Assembly (NCBI RefSeq): GCF_963921235.1
Contig: NC_086108.1
Location: 12,958,001-13,022,000 of the forward strand
DNA from: Mobula hypostoma
Taxonomy: Eukaryota
DNA: 64,000 nucleotides
Reading direction: 5' to 3'
Shown here: positions 39,125-50,755 of the stretch, in pieces
Position numbering within the stretch: position 1 is the first letter of the stretch
Layout of the letters: each line of letters begins with the position of its first letter
Notes under the pieces: generated by a model
Seen by the model: the letters and a program-made list of their open reading frames with translations, nothing else
The model's database searches: none
What the model was told of the DNA's origin: nothing
Program-made: the position numbers and the translations under genes

Positions 39125-39775
39125 TATAATGTAAAAAGAATTGTTCCCAACATGTACCCCTGTGGAACACCACTAGTCACCAGCAACCAACCAGAAAAGG
39201 CTCCCTTTATTCCCACTCTTTCCCTGCAGCCAATCAGACACTGTTTTATCCATGCTCGAATCTTTCCTGGAATACATGGGCTCGTAGCTTGTAAAGCAGC
39301 CTCGTGTGTGGCACCTTGTCAAAGGCCTTCTGAAAATCCAAATACACAACATTAACCATTTTGAAAGAACAAGGTATGACCTCAATGAAACCTATCAGAT
39401 CGTGAAAGGCCTTGATAAGAGTGGATGTGGAGAGGATGATTCCTGAGGTGGGAGAGTCCAAGACCAGAGGACACAGCCTTGGAATAGACAGGCATCCGTT
39501 TAGAATGGAGATGAGGAGAAATTTCTTTAGCCAGAGAGTGGTGAATCAGTGAAATTATTTGCTACAGGCAGCTGTGTAGGCCAAGTCTTTATGTATATTT
39601 AAGGCAGAGGTTGATAGGTTCTTGATTGGTCAGGGCATGAAGGGATACAGGGTGAAGGCAGGAGGATAGAGCTGAGAGGAAAATTGGATCAGCCATGTTG
39701 AAATGACGGAGCAGACTCGATGGGCCAAATGGCCTAATTCTGCTCCTATATCTTATGGTCTTATGATCTTGTGGT
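39125..39775 (+). mobile_element. CR1 3' end with inverted RT segment (39125-39360 on minus)
   Basis: Minus-strand [16 protein letters not shown]...VTSGVPQG abuts a plus-strand CR1 C-terminus and tail. Confidence 0.75.
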
Positions 39776-39814
39776 CTTCTCTCTTCCGCTTTCCTTTCTT
39801 CACCTGCTGGGGTT

Positions 39815-40445
39815 GTCTGTTGTGTCCGGTGTTCACGACGTGGCCTCTGCTACATTGGTGAAACCCATCATAAATTGGGGGGGTTCTTTGTTGAGCACCT
39901 CAAGCAGGAATTTCCAGTGGCCAAATATTTAAATTCCAATTCCCATTACTATTCCGACATGTCGGCCCATGCCCTTCTCGTGTGCCACTATGAGACCACC
40001 CCCAGAGTGGAGAAGTACCACCTGATGTTCCATTGGGGTAGCCTCCAACCAAAAGGCATGAATATCGATTTCTCCTTCCAGAAAACAAACTCCCCCACCC
40101 CCATTCCCTCTGATCAATTACCTCTTTTTACCTGCCAATTACCTCCCTTGGGTTCCCTCCTCCTTCCCTTTCTCCTTTTGTCCACTCTCCTATCAGATCC
40201 TTCCCTTTCCAGCTCTTGACCTTTCCCATCCACCTGGCTTCACCTATCACCTTCCAGCTAGCCTCCTTCGCCTCCCCCCAAACTTTTTATTTTGGCATCT
40301 TCCCCCTTCTTTCCACTCCTGAAGAAGGGTCTCAGCCCGAAACGTTAACTGTTTACTCATCTCCAAAGATGCTGCCTGACCCTTTGACTTCCTCCAGCAT
40401 TGTGTGTGTGTTGCTCTAGATTTCCAGCATCTGCAGATTCTTTCA
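39815..40445 (+). mobile_element. Penelope-like GIY-YIG fragment and terminal repeat with hammerhead-like motif (40314-40351)
   Basis: CVRCSRRGLCYIGET, EHL, PVAKYLNS..H and GSLQPKGMNIDFS, followed by CACTC-CTGAAGA-AGGGTCTCAGCCC-GAAA-CG-TT-AACTG. Confidence 0.82.
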
Positions 40446-40446
40446 T

Positions 40447-40557
40447 GCTTCCCCTTCCCTTTCTCTTCCCCTCTCTCTTCCCTCCATTCCTCCCCCCTCT
40501 CTCCCTCCCCCTCCCCCATTCCTTCCCCCTCTCTCCCTCCCCCTCCCCCATTCCTTC
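40447..40557. repeat. Polypyrimidine (CT-rich) low-complexity tract
   Basis: Almost pure C/T run about 380 nt upstream of the 40939 exon. Confidence 0.85.
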
Positions 40558-40938
40558 CAACCACTGTGCACACAGTTCTATGTAATGTTTTTAGATTTGA
40601 GGCTCACTCTTACTGACTAAATCTGACTTCAGTCTCACTTTGTAAAACCCAATTTATTTTCCTAATAAAGGGTGATTTTAATTTTCCACCGCATGTGTCC
40701 TGTCAGTGCATAGCTGTAGTGAAGTCTGATGTTGTACGGAGCAATTTGGACAGACCTTTACTGGGTTAACTCTCAGGCTGAAATGTCTGTTACCCCTCAT
40801 GAAGTGCCTGCTTGGACTCCTGCCCAGATTATACTCACTATGCTGTATTTAATTAAACTCCCATACGAAGGATCACAAACTCTGTGGAGATTCTAAGATA
40901 TTCTTCGCATTAGCTTCAGCTTCGGTTTCCTCCCTCAG

Positions 40939-41193
40939 CTGGTTGGGGGCCTGAACCTTCGGGGACTCCGATGGATTTCAGGCTGTGTGCGCTGTGGTGG
41001 AGCGCTCTGCTCATGCCGCTTGCGGTTAATCAGATCACTGAGGTGCGGAAGATCAAGATTCTCTTTACCCCCACCGTCTGTCAGCAGAAGTGCGAGGCTG
41101 GACAATGCGAGAAGCGCTGCGAGAAGGGTAACGTCACCACAGTCTACAGTGACAGTAGCCCTGCGGACAGAGCCACAGCTGGATTCCGAGCAT
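40939..41193 (+). CDS. LTBP4: LTBP exon with internal ATG (40971), signal-peptide-like segment and 4-Cys domain
   Basis: Acceptor ttcggtttcctccctcag|CT and donor T|gtgagt. From 40971 it reads MDFRLCALWWSALLMPLAVNQITEVRKIKILFTPTVCQQKCEAGQCEKRCEKGNVTTVYSDSSPADRATAGFRA, matching the LTBP motif KIK.vFTP.iC...C..G.C...CE.G.tT. Confidence 0.9.
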
Positions 41194-42069
41194 GTGAGTA
41201 ACTGCAGGCCGTCTGAAGCAGGAGTGGGGAGAGGGAGCTTTGCAAAGCTTTCCTGAGTTCAGCAGGCTCCACCATGTAATTTACTCCATGTGGCCAAGCA
41301 GATGCAACTCTGAAATTTGATTTATTTTGCAGATGAGAGTCAGAAATTCTTCCACTGTGGTTTTGGTGGAAGGAGGATTTTTTTTTCTCTCTCTCTCTCA
41401 TTCTAATCCTGTCTACCCCATTCTCACTTTTAAACGGAGCTGTAATTTAAAACTTACTCAAGCTCGTGAAAGGTCAGAGCAAGGGTGGGGGGGGTGGGAG
41501 TCAATAGCCGACACGTACGCTCATTGAAACACAAGATGACAGTGAGCTCAGCGTTTACCAAGCTGCTGAAATAATCAGTGTTTTGTTCCTGTGAGAAGTG
41601 CAAGTTATACTTTTCAACTTCTCGCATTGAGCACGAGTAGACTGGGACTGTGTACATCTCATTTTGGCCGTCGGTGTTGCCAGCAGGAGGTGCGTGGCGC
41701 ACTCTCGTCCCCAGCTGTGCTGACTTGATTTGTTTGGCCTCCTGTTGACATTGTTTTTAGGAAAATGTACAACTTGGTGAGAGGGAAGGAAGGGTTAGCT
41801 GCTGGAGCCTCCATGTTGGCTCCCGTTGTTGACGGCGGGCGTGTTTCTTCCCTGGCCGACAGCGAGTCACAGGGTAGTTGCTGTGCAGTGATACTGCTGT
41901 ATGTCAGATCCACATCACTGATTCCAGTGTTACACTGGCTGTGGTATCATCTTCTGTAGGGAGCTTAGGGTTAACACTGTGCATGTGCGAGATTATGTCC
42001 TTTTAATGGTTTTATTAAGTGTTTTTGCTTTGTCAAATTGAAATGATTACTGCGATGGAGGAGCACTGA

Positions 42070-42682
42070 GATATTGGCATAGCATATAAAACTTTGACAA
42101 ATGTCAATAGGTGTGTGGCAGAGACTGCATTGACTAGCTGCATTACGGCTGGTATGGAAACAGCAATCCCTTTGAATGGAAAACCCTACAAAAGGTGGTG
42201 GATTCGGCCCCGTCTATCACAGCTAAAGCCCTCCCATATCTACATGAAACACTGTCCTAGGAACGCAGCATCCATCATCAGAGATCCTCACCTCCCAGGC
42301 CCTGCTTTCTCCTTGCTTCTGCCATCAGGTACAAGATACTAGAGCGACAGGATACACCACCATGTTCAAGAACAGTTACTACCCCTCAACCATCAGGCTC
42401 TTGAATAAAAGGGGATAATTACACTCACTTGCCCATCCATTGAGATGTTCCCAAAACCAATGATCTCACTTTAAGGACTCATTATTTCATTACCTCATGT
42501 TCTCATTGCTTATTGCTGTTTATTTATATTTGCATTTGCACAGTTTGTTTTCTGCACTCTGGTTGAACTTTACAGTTACTGTTCTATAGATTTGCTGAGT
42601 ATACCCACAAGAAAATGAATCTCAGGGTTGTATGTGGAGATATGTATGTACTCTGATAATAAAGTTTCCTTTGAACTTTGAC
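42070..42682 (+). mobile_element. Rex/Babar-like LINE 3' fragment (second subfamily)
   Basis: AASIIRDPHLPGPAFSLLLPSGTRY and the tail ctttgaactttga. Reverse copies lie at ~46930-47385, ~59975-60550 and ~61590-62010. Confidence 0.78.
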
Positions 42683-43119
42683 TGCACCTCTCTACCGCCA
42701 GTGTGATTCTGCTGCATGTTTGGCTGAAACAATGAACCCCCCTGTCTGGATCCTCAATAAGGAAGGAACTGTATCACCCTTCAGCCTGTCCAACTGTGAC
42801 TCCAGATTCAACCTTTCCTCTAAAAGGGCTGTTGGATAGCATCCTTAACCTATGTAGGAGCAATGCGAATAAACCAGACTCCCCATCTGACTTGCACGGG
42901 GGACCTAATCTGGCGATATTTGAAAGCACAGAATGGTACGTCTCAGCCAGCATTCTACATTCTTCCTGCACAATACCTGTGCACCAGAGAAGATGAATGC
43001 AGTGCAGGCCTCTTTTGCCATCATTACCACCCAAAAGATTATAGCCGAACTTTCACCTCAGCAACACTGTCCTACACCAAGCTTTATCCCTCTATTCCCT
43101 TCATGTCTAAAGTACTATC

Positions 43120-43988
43120 AATGGTTCAAACAGTTCAATTTAATATCAGAGAATATATACAATATACAACCTGAAATCCTTACTCTTCACAGACATCCAT
43201 GAAATAGAAAAAAAAATGACAGAAAAACATTAGAACCCTCAAAGCACCCTTCCCCCTCCCACACACAAGCAACAGCAAAAACATCAACCCCCCCCCCCAC
43301 TTGATCCAGCAAAAGCATCATCCCTCCCCCACTACTCACCATGCAGATCTGGAGTCTGTCAAAAACCACTGTCCATCCCAACACTTCGACATCTCAGACA
43401 GCCTCTCTCTCACTCGTGAGAGAGGGATATCACTCCGGTAACAATGAGAGGGGAGACTAACAGTTCACTGTTTCGATTTTACAATGTACTGCAACATTCT
43501 CCCAAGTCCCCCAACTCAAGGACTGGCAGACTCTCTCTCTCTAGGGGGAGGGAGAGGGGGGGAGGGAGAGGGGGGGAGGGGGAGGGGGAGGGGGAGAGGG
43601 AGGGGGAGGGGGAGAGGGAGGGGGAGAGGGAGGGGGAGAGGGAGGGGGAGAGGGAGGGGGAGAGGGAGGGGGAGAGGGAGGGGGAGAGGGAGAGGGAGAT
43701 ATCCTCAGCAAGGAATCAGGTCTTCCACAGAGGCGCATGTCTTCCAAGGTGCACGTGGAGATATCAAAATGCCAAGTTGCTCAACGAGTCCGAGAGCCTG
43801 AAACCATAAAGAACCATAGTTCAAGCACTGCTGTAGATCACTAACTCTGACAGGATCCCAGCCAACCTGAAAAAAAGAGACATGAAAAGAGAAAAGAAAG
43901 CAAGCTGCTCCATGGACAAACTGGAAGAGGTCACCTAGGCCCACAATAACCTCTGGCACCATCTTTAGCTCCTCCCACTTTGCCATCT
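43120..43988 (-). mobile_element. Non-coding element with CAAAGTGGGAGGAG..AAGATGG head and an expanded internal purine repeat
   Basis: Minus-strand head caaagtgggaggagctaaagatggtgcc at 43955-43982. The 3' end resembles 19705-19900. Confidence 0.65.
43543..43698. repeat. (GGGGGAGAGGGA)n polypurine repeat
   Basis: Near-pure G/A run with a 12-bp unit. It explains the GR/EG/PPPS ORFs. Confidence 0.95.
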
Positions 43989-44814
43989 CTGTCTTGAAAA
44001 TATTCAGTAATCAAGCCTCCAAAACTCAGGATCAGAATCATTGGCGTATATGATGTGAAACAATTCCACTAACCACTGGAGAAAGAGGTTTCTCTGTTAT
44101 ATGTGTCCCGATTGTCCCAGATAGAACAAAATGTTCTCTGTTTGGCTGGTGAGCATATTTCTAAGAACATGTGAGAAGCTCAGCCCATCGAGGATGAAGT
44201 CATCTCCACGACTGGTACCTCATTCACCATTCTAAATATCCAATCCCTTCAGCATGTGTTGTGCACCATTCAACTAAGCCTTCTAAATGTACAGTAACAG
44301 AGCACAACAAATACAGAGTAGATCAAATTATAAGTACGTTTATTACCTGCAAGGGAACGTCCACATCTGTATGCTACCTCATCAACAAGTAGCTTCAATC
44401 ATACAGCTCAAAACAAATCAGTTTTATACAATTGCAGAGTCCAGTAATTCATCATCAAAGGCTGTGTTCTGTTTTTCTCTGCTTTCAATTTTTGATGGGT
44501 GCTCTCCACAGTTACCTGATGAGGAAACCATAGCCTTTGGCCAGGAGCAGATGTTGTTGGGAGGTTCCCAACCTTCATAAAATGTTTCAACACTTAACCA
44601 CTACACTCTCCAGTTGGCGGGTCAGCAGTGGTGGCCAAGTCACTGCCCTTCTGCTCCTGACTTCAAGCTCAACTCCTCTTGCCTGCTCCGTATCCAGCAA
44701 GATCATGTAATGCCAAAACACCCCCTGCCATGAAACACATACCCTGCAAGCTTCCCATCCATATCAGCAAATCAGGAAACCAGCTACGCACTCTGATGGA
44801 GCAGGATTTCTAGT

Positions 44815-45360
44815 GTCGACCATGTTGTGTCCTAGCTGTCCAGATATGCAAGCCAGGGCAGTACAATATGGTGGGAAATCTGTTGCCCATGTAGCAAGCT
44901 CGCCATCTACGTACAGCTGATGAACTCAAAGGAATGGCAGAGACTGAAATAGGTTGGCACCATCAGTGCCGTAGGAGTTGCCAGTCAGCGTTGAACTCCA
45001 CATAGCACTGCCTTGGTAACTCCAGCTCCAGATTTTTCCCTCAGACGCTTACTTCCGAAGCCTTCCCCATGAGTGGGCACAGCCACAAGGCAGCGGATGT
45101 TTGAGGTCAAAGTTTTCTTTCTCCTAGATGAGCTGCCAATCATGGCTGACAAGCCCCATCTGCCCGAGGTGACTGGTTTTAAGGTGCCTGTAACCCGCCT
45201 TTGCCCCTTCTCCTGTCAGTAGAAGCAGTTTTGCTGGGCTTAGTAGCTAAGTCACATGTGGAGGCCAGGAGCTGGACTTCGTTGTCCGAGGCTATTTGTG
45301 GTGCATACCACTGGGAGCATTTAATAGCAAGCGGGAGTTTATCCCCATCACCACCCTCAG
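44815..45360 (+). mobile_element. Interspersed non-coding element (copies at ~48085-48428 and, inverted, ~19440-19685), class uncertain
   Basis: Shared blocks caagccagggcagtacaatatgg, gtaggagttgccagtcag.gttgaactc and gaagccttccccatgagtggg. Strand is given relative to the other copies. Confidence 0.65.
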
Positions 45361-45371
45361 TTATAACAACC

Positions 45372-45980
45372 TTAAGATATAGGAACAGAATTAGGCCATT
45401 TGGCCCATCAGATTTGCTCTGGCATTTCATTATGACTGATCCAGTTGTCCTCTCAGCCCCAGTTTCTTGCCTTCTCCCCATATCCATCCATGTCATGACT
45501 AATCAAGAACCTGTCAACCTCTGCCTTAAATATCCCCAGGGAAGTGGCCTCCACAGCCGCCTGTGGCAGCAAATTCCACAGGTTCACCACTCTGGCTAAA
45601 GAAATTCCTCCTGATTTATGTTCTAAAAGGATGCCCCTCAGGTCTAAGGCAGTGTCCTCTGGTCTTAGACTCCCCCATCGTAGGAAACATCCTTTCTACA
45701 TCACCTCTATCAACGCCTTTCAACATTTGAAAGGTTTCAATGAGGTCACTTCTCATTCCTCTAAATTCCTGAGAGTAGAAGCCCAGAACCATCAAACGCT
45801 CCTCGTATGACAAACCTTTCAATCCAGGAATCATTTTCATGAACTTCTTTTGAACCCTCTCCAATGTCAGTGTATCCTTTCTTAAATGAGAGGCTCAAAA
45901 CTGTTCACAATACTCCAAGTGAGGCCTCACCAGTGTCTCATAAATCCTCAGCATTACATCCTTACTTTTATATTCTAATC
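45372..45980 (-). mobile_element. CR1 LINE 3' fragment
   Basis: ORF 45616..45864 (ERVQKKFMKMIPGLKGLSYEERL...GESKTRGH) and the CR1 tail. Confidence 0.9.
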
Positions 45981-46469
45981 CAGTCTTATATTCTATTAAG
46001 TTAAGGGACTTGATGCAACAGGGAAATTGTCGTGGGATGAGATTGATCTGAAGCACCATTAGAATCTAATACTGATCAACGGTGAGACTCAGGACATTAT
46101 GTTAGTATTGTACAGGTCGAGGTAGGTCAGTTATGTATTTAATATGCAAAAACATCATTAAACTGTTAACAAGTATTTTCCTGAAATCAAAGCGGAACGT
46201 GTCGTAAATACTCACAGGGCAGGGAGTATCTGCAGAGAGAGCAGAGTTAATGCTTTGGGTCTCATCTAAGCCAGACATAGGTGAATGCTGGGAAAGCAGG
46301 AAGGGGTGGAAAGGACAAAGAGGAAAGGCTCATGATAGGAACCAAGGAGAGATTGAATGCTGGAAATGACTCTGGCTGAATGACAATAACAGGCATTCAA
46401 GGCACAGGACCAAGAATAAAGTTCGACCACTTCAAGCGAGAGTCCACTAATATCCACAGCCATTCAGTC

Positions 46470-46892
46470 TCGTGGTATGCATCCTATCACAGTTAGCACA
46501 GCCACCCCTGGTCGTTCTCTTCGTCTCCACTCTACGTCAGTTCACACAGCGACCCTGGGCCATTCACTGTCTTCGCCTCCACCCTGCCTCAGATCACACA
46601 GCCACCCCTGATGATTCAGTCTCTTGGTCTTCACTCTGTCACAGTTCACACAGCTCCCCTGGGTCATTCATTCTCTTGGTCTCCACCCTGTGTCAGTTCA
46701 CACAGCCACTCCTGGTCATTGCCTTGGTCTCCACCCTCCCTCAGTTCACACAGCTCCCTTGAGTCATTCTCTTGAACACCACCCTGTCACAGTTCACACA
46801 GCTACCCCTCGGTCATTCATTCTCTTGATCTCCACCCTGTATCAGTTAACAAAGCCACCCCTGGTCATCGTCTTGGTCTCCACCCTGTCACA
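46470..46892. repeat. Minisatellite, ~48-53 bp unit (CAGTTCACACAGCCACCCCTGGTCATT[CATT]CTCTTGGTCTCCACCCTGT), about 8 copies
   Basis: cagttcacacag-like motif at ~46489, 46538, 46589, 46642, 46694, 46742, 46789 and 46843. Confidence 0.9.
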
Positions 46893-49624
46893 CGTTTCTT
46901 TTTCTGATACTTGTGTTCTTACTTCTAACCAAAGTTCCAAGTAAATTTATTATCAAAGTACATATATGTCACCATACACAACCTTGAAATTCATTTTCCT
47001 GTGGGCATACTCAATAAATCCACAATAAAATAATAATAATCATAATAGATTCATTGAAATGCACCAACTAGGACATTCAAACAGTGTGCAGAAGACAACA
47101 AACAGTGCAATAAGAAAGAAATAATAATAATAAAGGAATAACACTAAATATCGAGAACATGAGATGAAGAGTCCTTGAAAGCGTGTCCATAAGTTATGGG
47201 AGCTGTTTAGTGAAAGGCCGAGTGAATTTATCCGCTTTGGTTAAAGGACCTGATGGTAGAGGGGTAACAACTTGGGGTGGTGCTTGTCCTGAGGCCCCTG
47301 TACCTTTTTCCTGATGGGAGCAGTGAGAAGAGAGCATGGCCTGGGTGGTGAGGATCTCTGATGATGGATGCTGCTTTCCTCGGATAAAGCTCCATTCTGG
47401 AATGTCACCAATCTAAAATGTTCACTATGGTTCTTTCTCTGTAGACGACGCCTGATCTGCCATTCCCACTACTTCCTGTTTCCATCCTTTAGCAGGAGGA
47501 TTCTGGCACTTCACAACTGCAAGTTATTTTAAGATAATCAGAAAGCATTTTAAAATTAGTCTAAGAGTCCTCTAAGGTATTTTTCACTCAACAGTTTATT
47601 CTTAAGTCTAAAGATTTGTGGTTGTGCAAGGGTTATACATGAATATTTTCTTGCGTTTAGAAGGTCTGCTTGTAGTATGCGGTGCTGATTCAACTTCCTG
47701 TAATTAATAATAATTTAACGCATTCTTCCCAAATTACATTTCTCCACATTCAAACGTCAGTAGGCATCCGAAAAAGGCAACCTTGCAACCCTCACCCAAT
47801 AAACTGCATGTTCTGAAGTCTACGACACGTATTGCGAAAGTGTTCAGACCTAGTATATTGTGGCCCCATCCATGCTGATGGTCAAGCAGTTCCCACCCTC
47901 TCTACAGCACAGAATCAGACCATTGTTCCCTGAAGGACTTTTTTTGTCATTCAGGAAACTTTGACTAATCGCCTTTTAATCTTGCTATCTCACTTATAAT
48001 TTCCTATCGCTAAAATTATTCTCGGTAACCGTCCAGGTTTTGACTTGTTCTGATGGTTGGGGCCTCCACTGGTCGGGGTCGACAATAGATGTTACGTCCT
48101 AGCTGTCGGTACACAAGCCAGGGCAGTACAATATGGAGAGCAGGCTGTTGTCCATGCAACAAGCTCTCACTCTTCACACAGCTGAACCCAAAGGAACGGC
48201 AGACACCAATACTGTTTGACACCAGCAGCATCGCAGGAGTTGCCAGTCAGTGTTGAACTCAATGTAGGACTGCTTTAGGGACCCCAGCTCCAATTTTTTC
48301 CCTCAGGTTTTACTCCAGAAGCCTTCCCCATGAGTGGGTACAGCCACAAGGTAGCAGAGGTTTGAGATCAGAGTCTTCCTTCTCCTAGATAAGCAGACAG
48401 CCATGGCTGACGAGCCCTATCTGCCTGAAAAATAGTTAAAATAAGTAGTGAAGAAACAGAAAGTGAGGTAGTGTTCATGGGTTCAACGTCCATTCAGAAA
48501 TCTGATGGCAGAGGGGAAGAAGCTGTTCCTGAATCGCAGAGTGTGTGTGTTCAGGCTCCTGTACCTCCTTCCTGATGGTAGCAGTGAGAAGAGGGCATGT
48601 CCTGGGTGATGGAGGTCCTTAATGATGTACACTACCTTTCTGATGCACTGCTCCTTGAAGATGCCTCGGATAGTATGGACAAAAGAGTTTCAACAAACCT
48701 CATTATGAATTGAACGGTAAATTGCAGACCAAGATATCAGGGCACGGTGACCAATCAAGATCTTTGATCAAACAGCCGGAAGTAAGGTCTTGTTCGTTTT
48801 TCATGCTGTACGTGCCCTGAGAACCAATTCGTAAAGTCAAGATCAAAGTTGAGTTTCTTCAGTAGTTCAATAATTCAGGTTTAATGGTCATTCAACCACA
48901 CATGTATACCCATGAATACAGCCAAACGAAGCAGCGTTTCTCCAGGGCCAAGGTGAAACACACACAGTACCAACAGTCACACACAGCACATATAACAAAC
49001 ATTGTCCTATACAGATGTATATGTGTGCACAGGTGCAGTGAAAACCCTACCGATTCAGATGCATAGCATCAGATAATTCACAAGAAAATCATAAATTACT
49101 CACTGACTCTGTATTGACATCAGACACCTATTGACGTTAACCTGACTTTAATCCCACTTGTTTCTCCTGTAGTCAATACTTTGATTTATGAAGGTTGCAG
49201 ATTCTATTCCTGAGAGCAGACTACAAATTTATAACCAGGTTGTGCAGTGGTGTATTTGGGTAACACGTCTACATGTAAACAGTTGGAAAGTTTGAAATTC
49301 CTTTCCACAAATGGCAGATGGTTCCTGTTGGACTATTAAGTTGAACCTGACATTTTTTATTACAAATCTTAAGGGAGAAGGGCCAGGTCAGGTAGACGGT
49401 TAGCTGGTCCCCAGATGTCACGGAGCATTGGAAGAGTCAGATTAAATAGCCTTCTTCGGTTGCTATGCTCTGAGACTGCACTTGAATAAGGTCAGTTCCT
49501 CTGCTATTGTATCTAGGTTTGGAATTTCTGGAAAAGCAGGAATGACGACAGGAAAGTATGTGATAAAGCTGTTCTCAGGACAGAATCCTCACTTGCCTCT
49601 GATGTAATTTCTTTCTTTCCCCAG

Positions 49625-49846
49625 TTCTCTGTACATTTCGATGCCAGAATGGAGGAGTATGTGTGGGAAGGGATCGGTGTCGTTGCACACCTGGCTTCAC
49701 GGGAAGAGCCTGCCAGATTCCCGCTTCATCCCGCAGCAGCCAAGTTCCGATCAGTTTCCCAACTGAGGAGCCAGTCACAATATCCAAACCTCGGATACGA
49801 AGCACATACACCCTGCCACTCTCCAACCAACGGCTCCGATACTCAA
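49625..49846 (+). CDS. LTBP4: LTBP EGF-domain exon (phase 1 to phase 1)
   Basis: Acceptor tttctttctttccccag|TT and donor A|gtaagg. Reads (F)LCTFRCQNGGVCVGRDRCRCTPGFTGRACQIPASSRSSQVPISFPTEEPVTISKPRIRSTYTLPLSNQRLRYS. The spliced junction GFRAFLC..CxNGGVCV..DRC and RSxYTxPLxNxR resemble LTBP4, while STxTLPLSNQ also resembles LTBP2. Confidence 0.92.
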
Positions 49847-50020
49847 GTAAGGAGGGTTTCTATCTGATAATTATTATTACACCAACATTTTGAAACACAT
49901 GTCCACTTCAACAAAACAATAATGGGAAAATGAGCTTGAGATTTATTCGTGACTGCTGCACCATTGCTGTATAAGTGAACAGAGTACAGATGTCAAATGA
50001 TTAACATAACAGGCACACCG

Positions 50021-50755
50021 TCAGAATAAGAATCAGGTTTAATTTCACTGGAATATGTCATGAAATTTGTTGTCTTTGCAGTAGCATTATATTGCAATAC
50101 AGAATAATAGAATAAATGTGAATTATAGTGTGTATATATGTATAAAATAGTTAATAGTTAAATTAAATAAGTAGTGCAAAAATAGAAATAAAAATGTAGT
50201 GAGGGAGTGTTCATGGGTTCAATGTCCATTCAGAAATCAGGTGGCAGAGGGGAAGAAGCTGTTTCTGAATCATTGAGCGTGTGCCTTCAGGCTCCTGTAC
50301 ATACTTCCTGAAGGTAGCAATGAGAAGAGGCCATGACCTGAGTGGTGGGGGTCCTTAATGATAGGTGCCACCTTTTTGAGGCATCGCTCCTTGAAGATGT
50401 TCTGGATACTATGGAGTCTAGTGCCCATGACAGAGCTGACTAATTTTACAACTCTCTGCAGCTTATTTTGATGCTGTGCAGTAGTAGCCCCCCCCCACCC
50501 AATCCCCATACCAGCTGATGATGCAGCCAGTTAAAATGCTCTCCACAGTACCTCTGTAGAAATTTGCAAGTGATTTTGGTGACGTACCAAATCTCCTCAA
50601 ACTTCTAATGAAATATAGCTGCTGTTGTACCTTCTTTGTAGCTGGGTCAATATGTTGGGTCCACATTAGATCCTCAGAGATATTGACACCCAGGAACTTG
50701 AAATTGCTAATCTCTTCACTTCTATCACTGTACGAGGACTAGTGTGTGCTCCTTC
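50021..50755 (-). mobile_element. Rex/Babar-like LINE 3' fragment
   Basis: QQQLYFIRSLRRFGTSPKSLANFYRGTVESILTGCIISWYG and IKDPHHSGHGLFSLLPSG. Confidence 0.87.

Noticed and set aside
43444..43809. RG/EG/PPPS-repeat ORFs
   Set aside because: These are translations of a simple purine repeat inside a mobile element, with no splice support.
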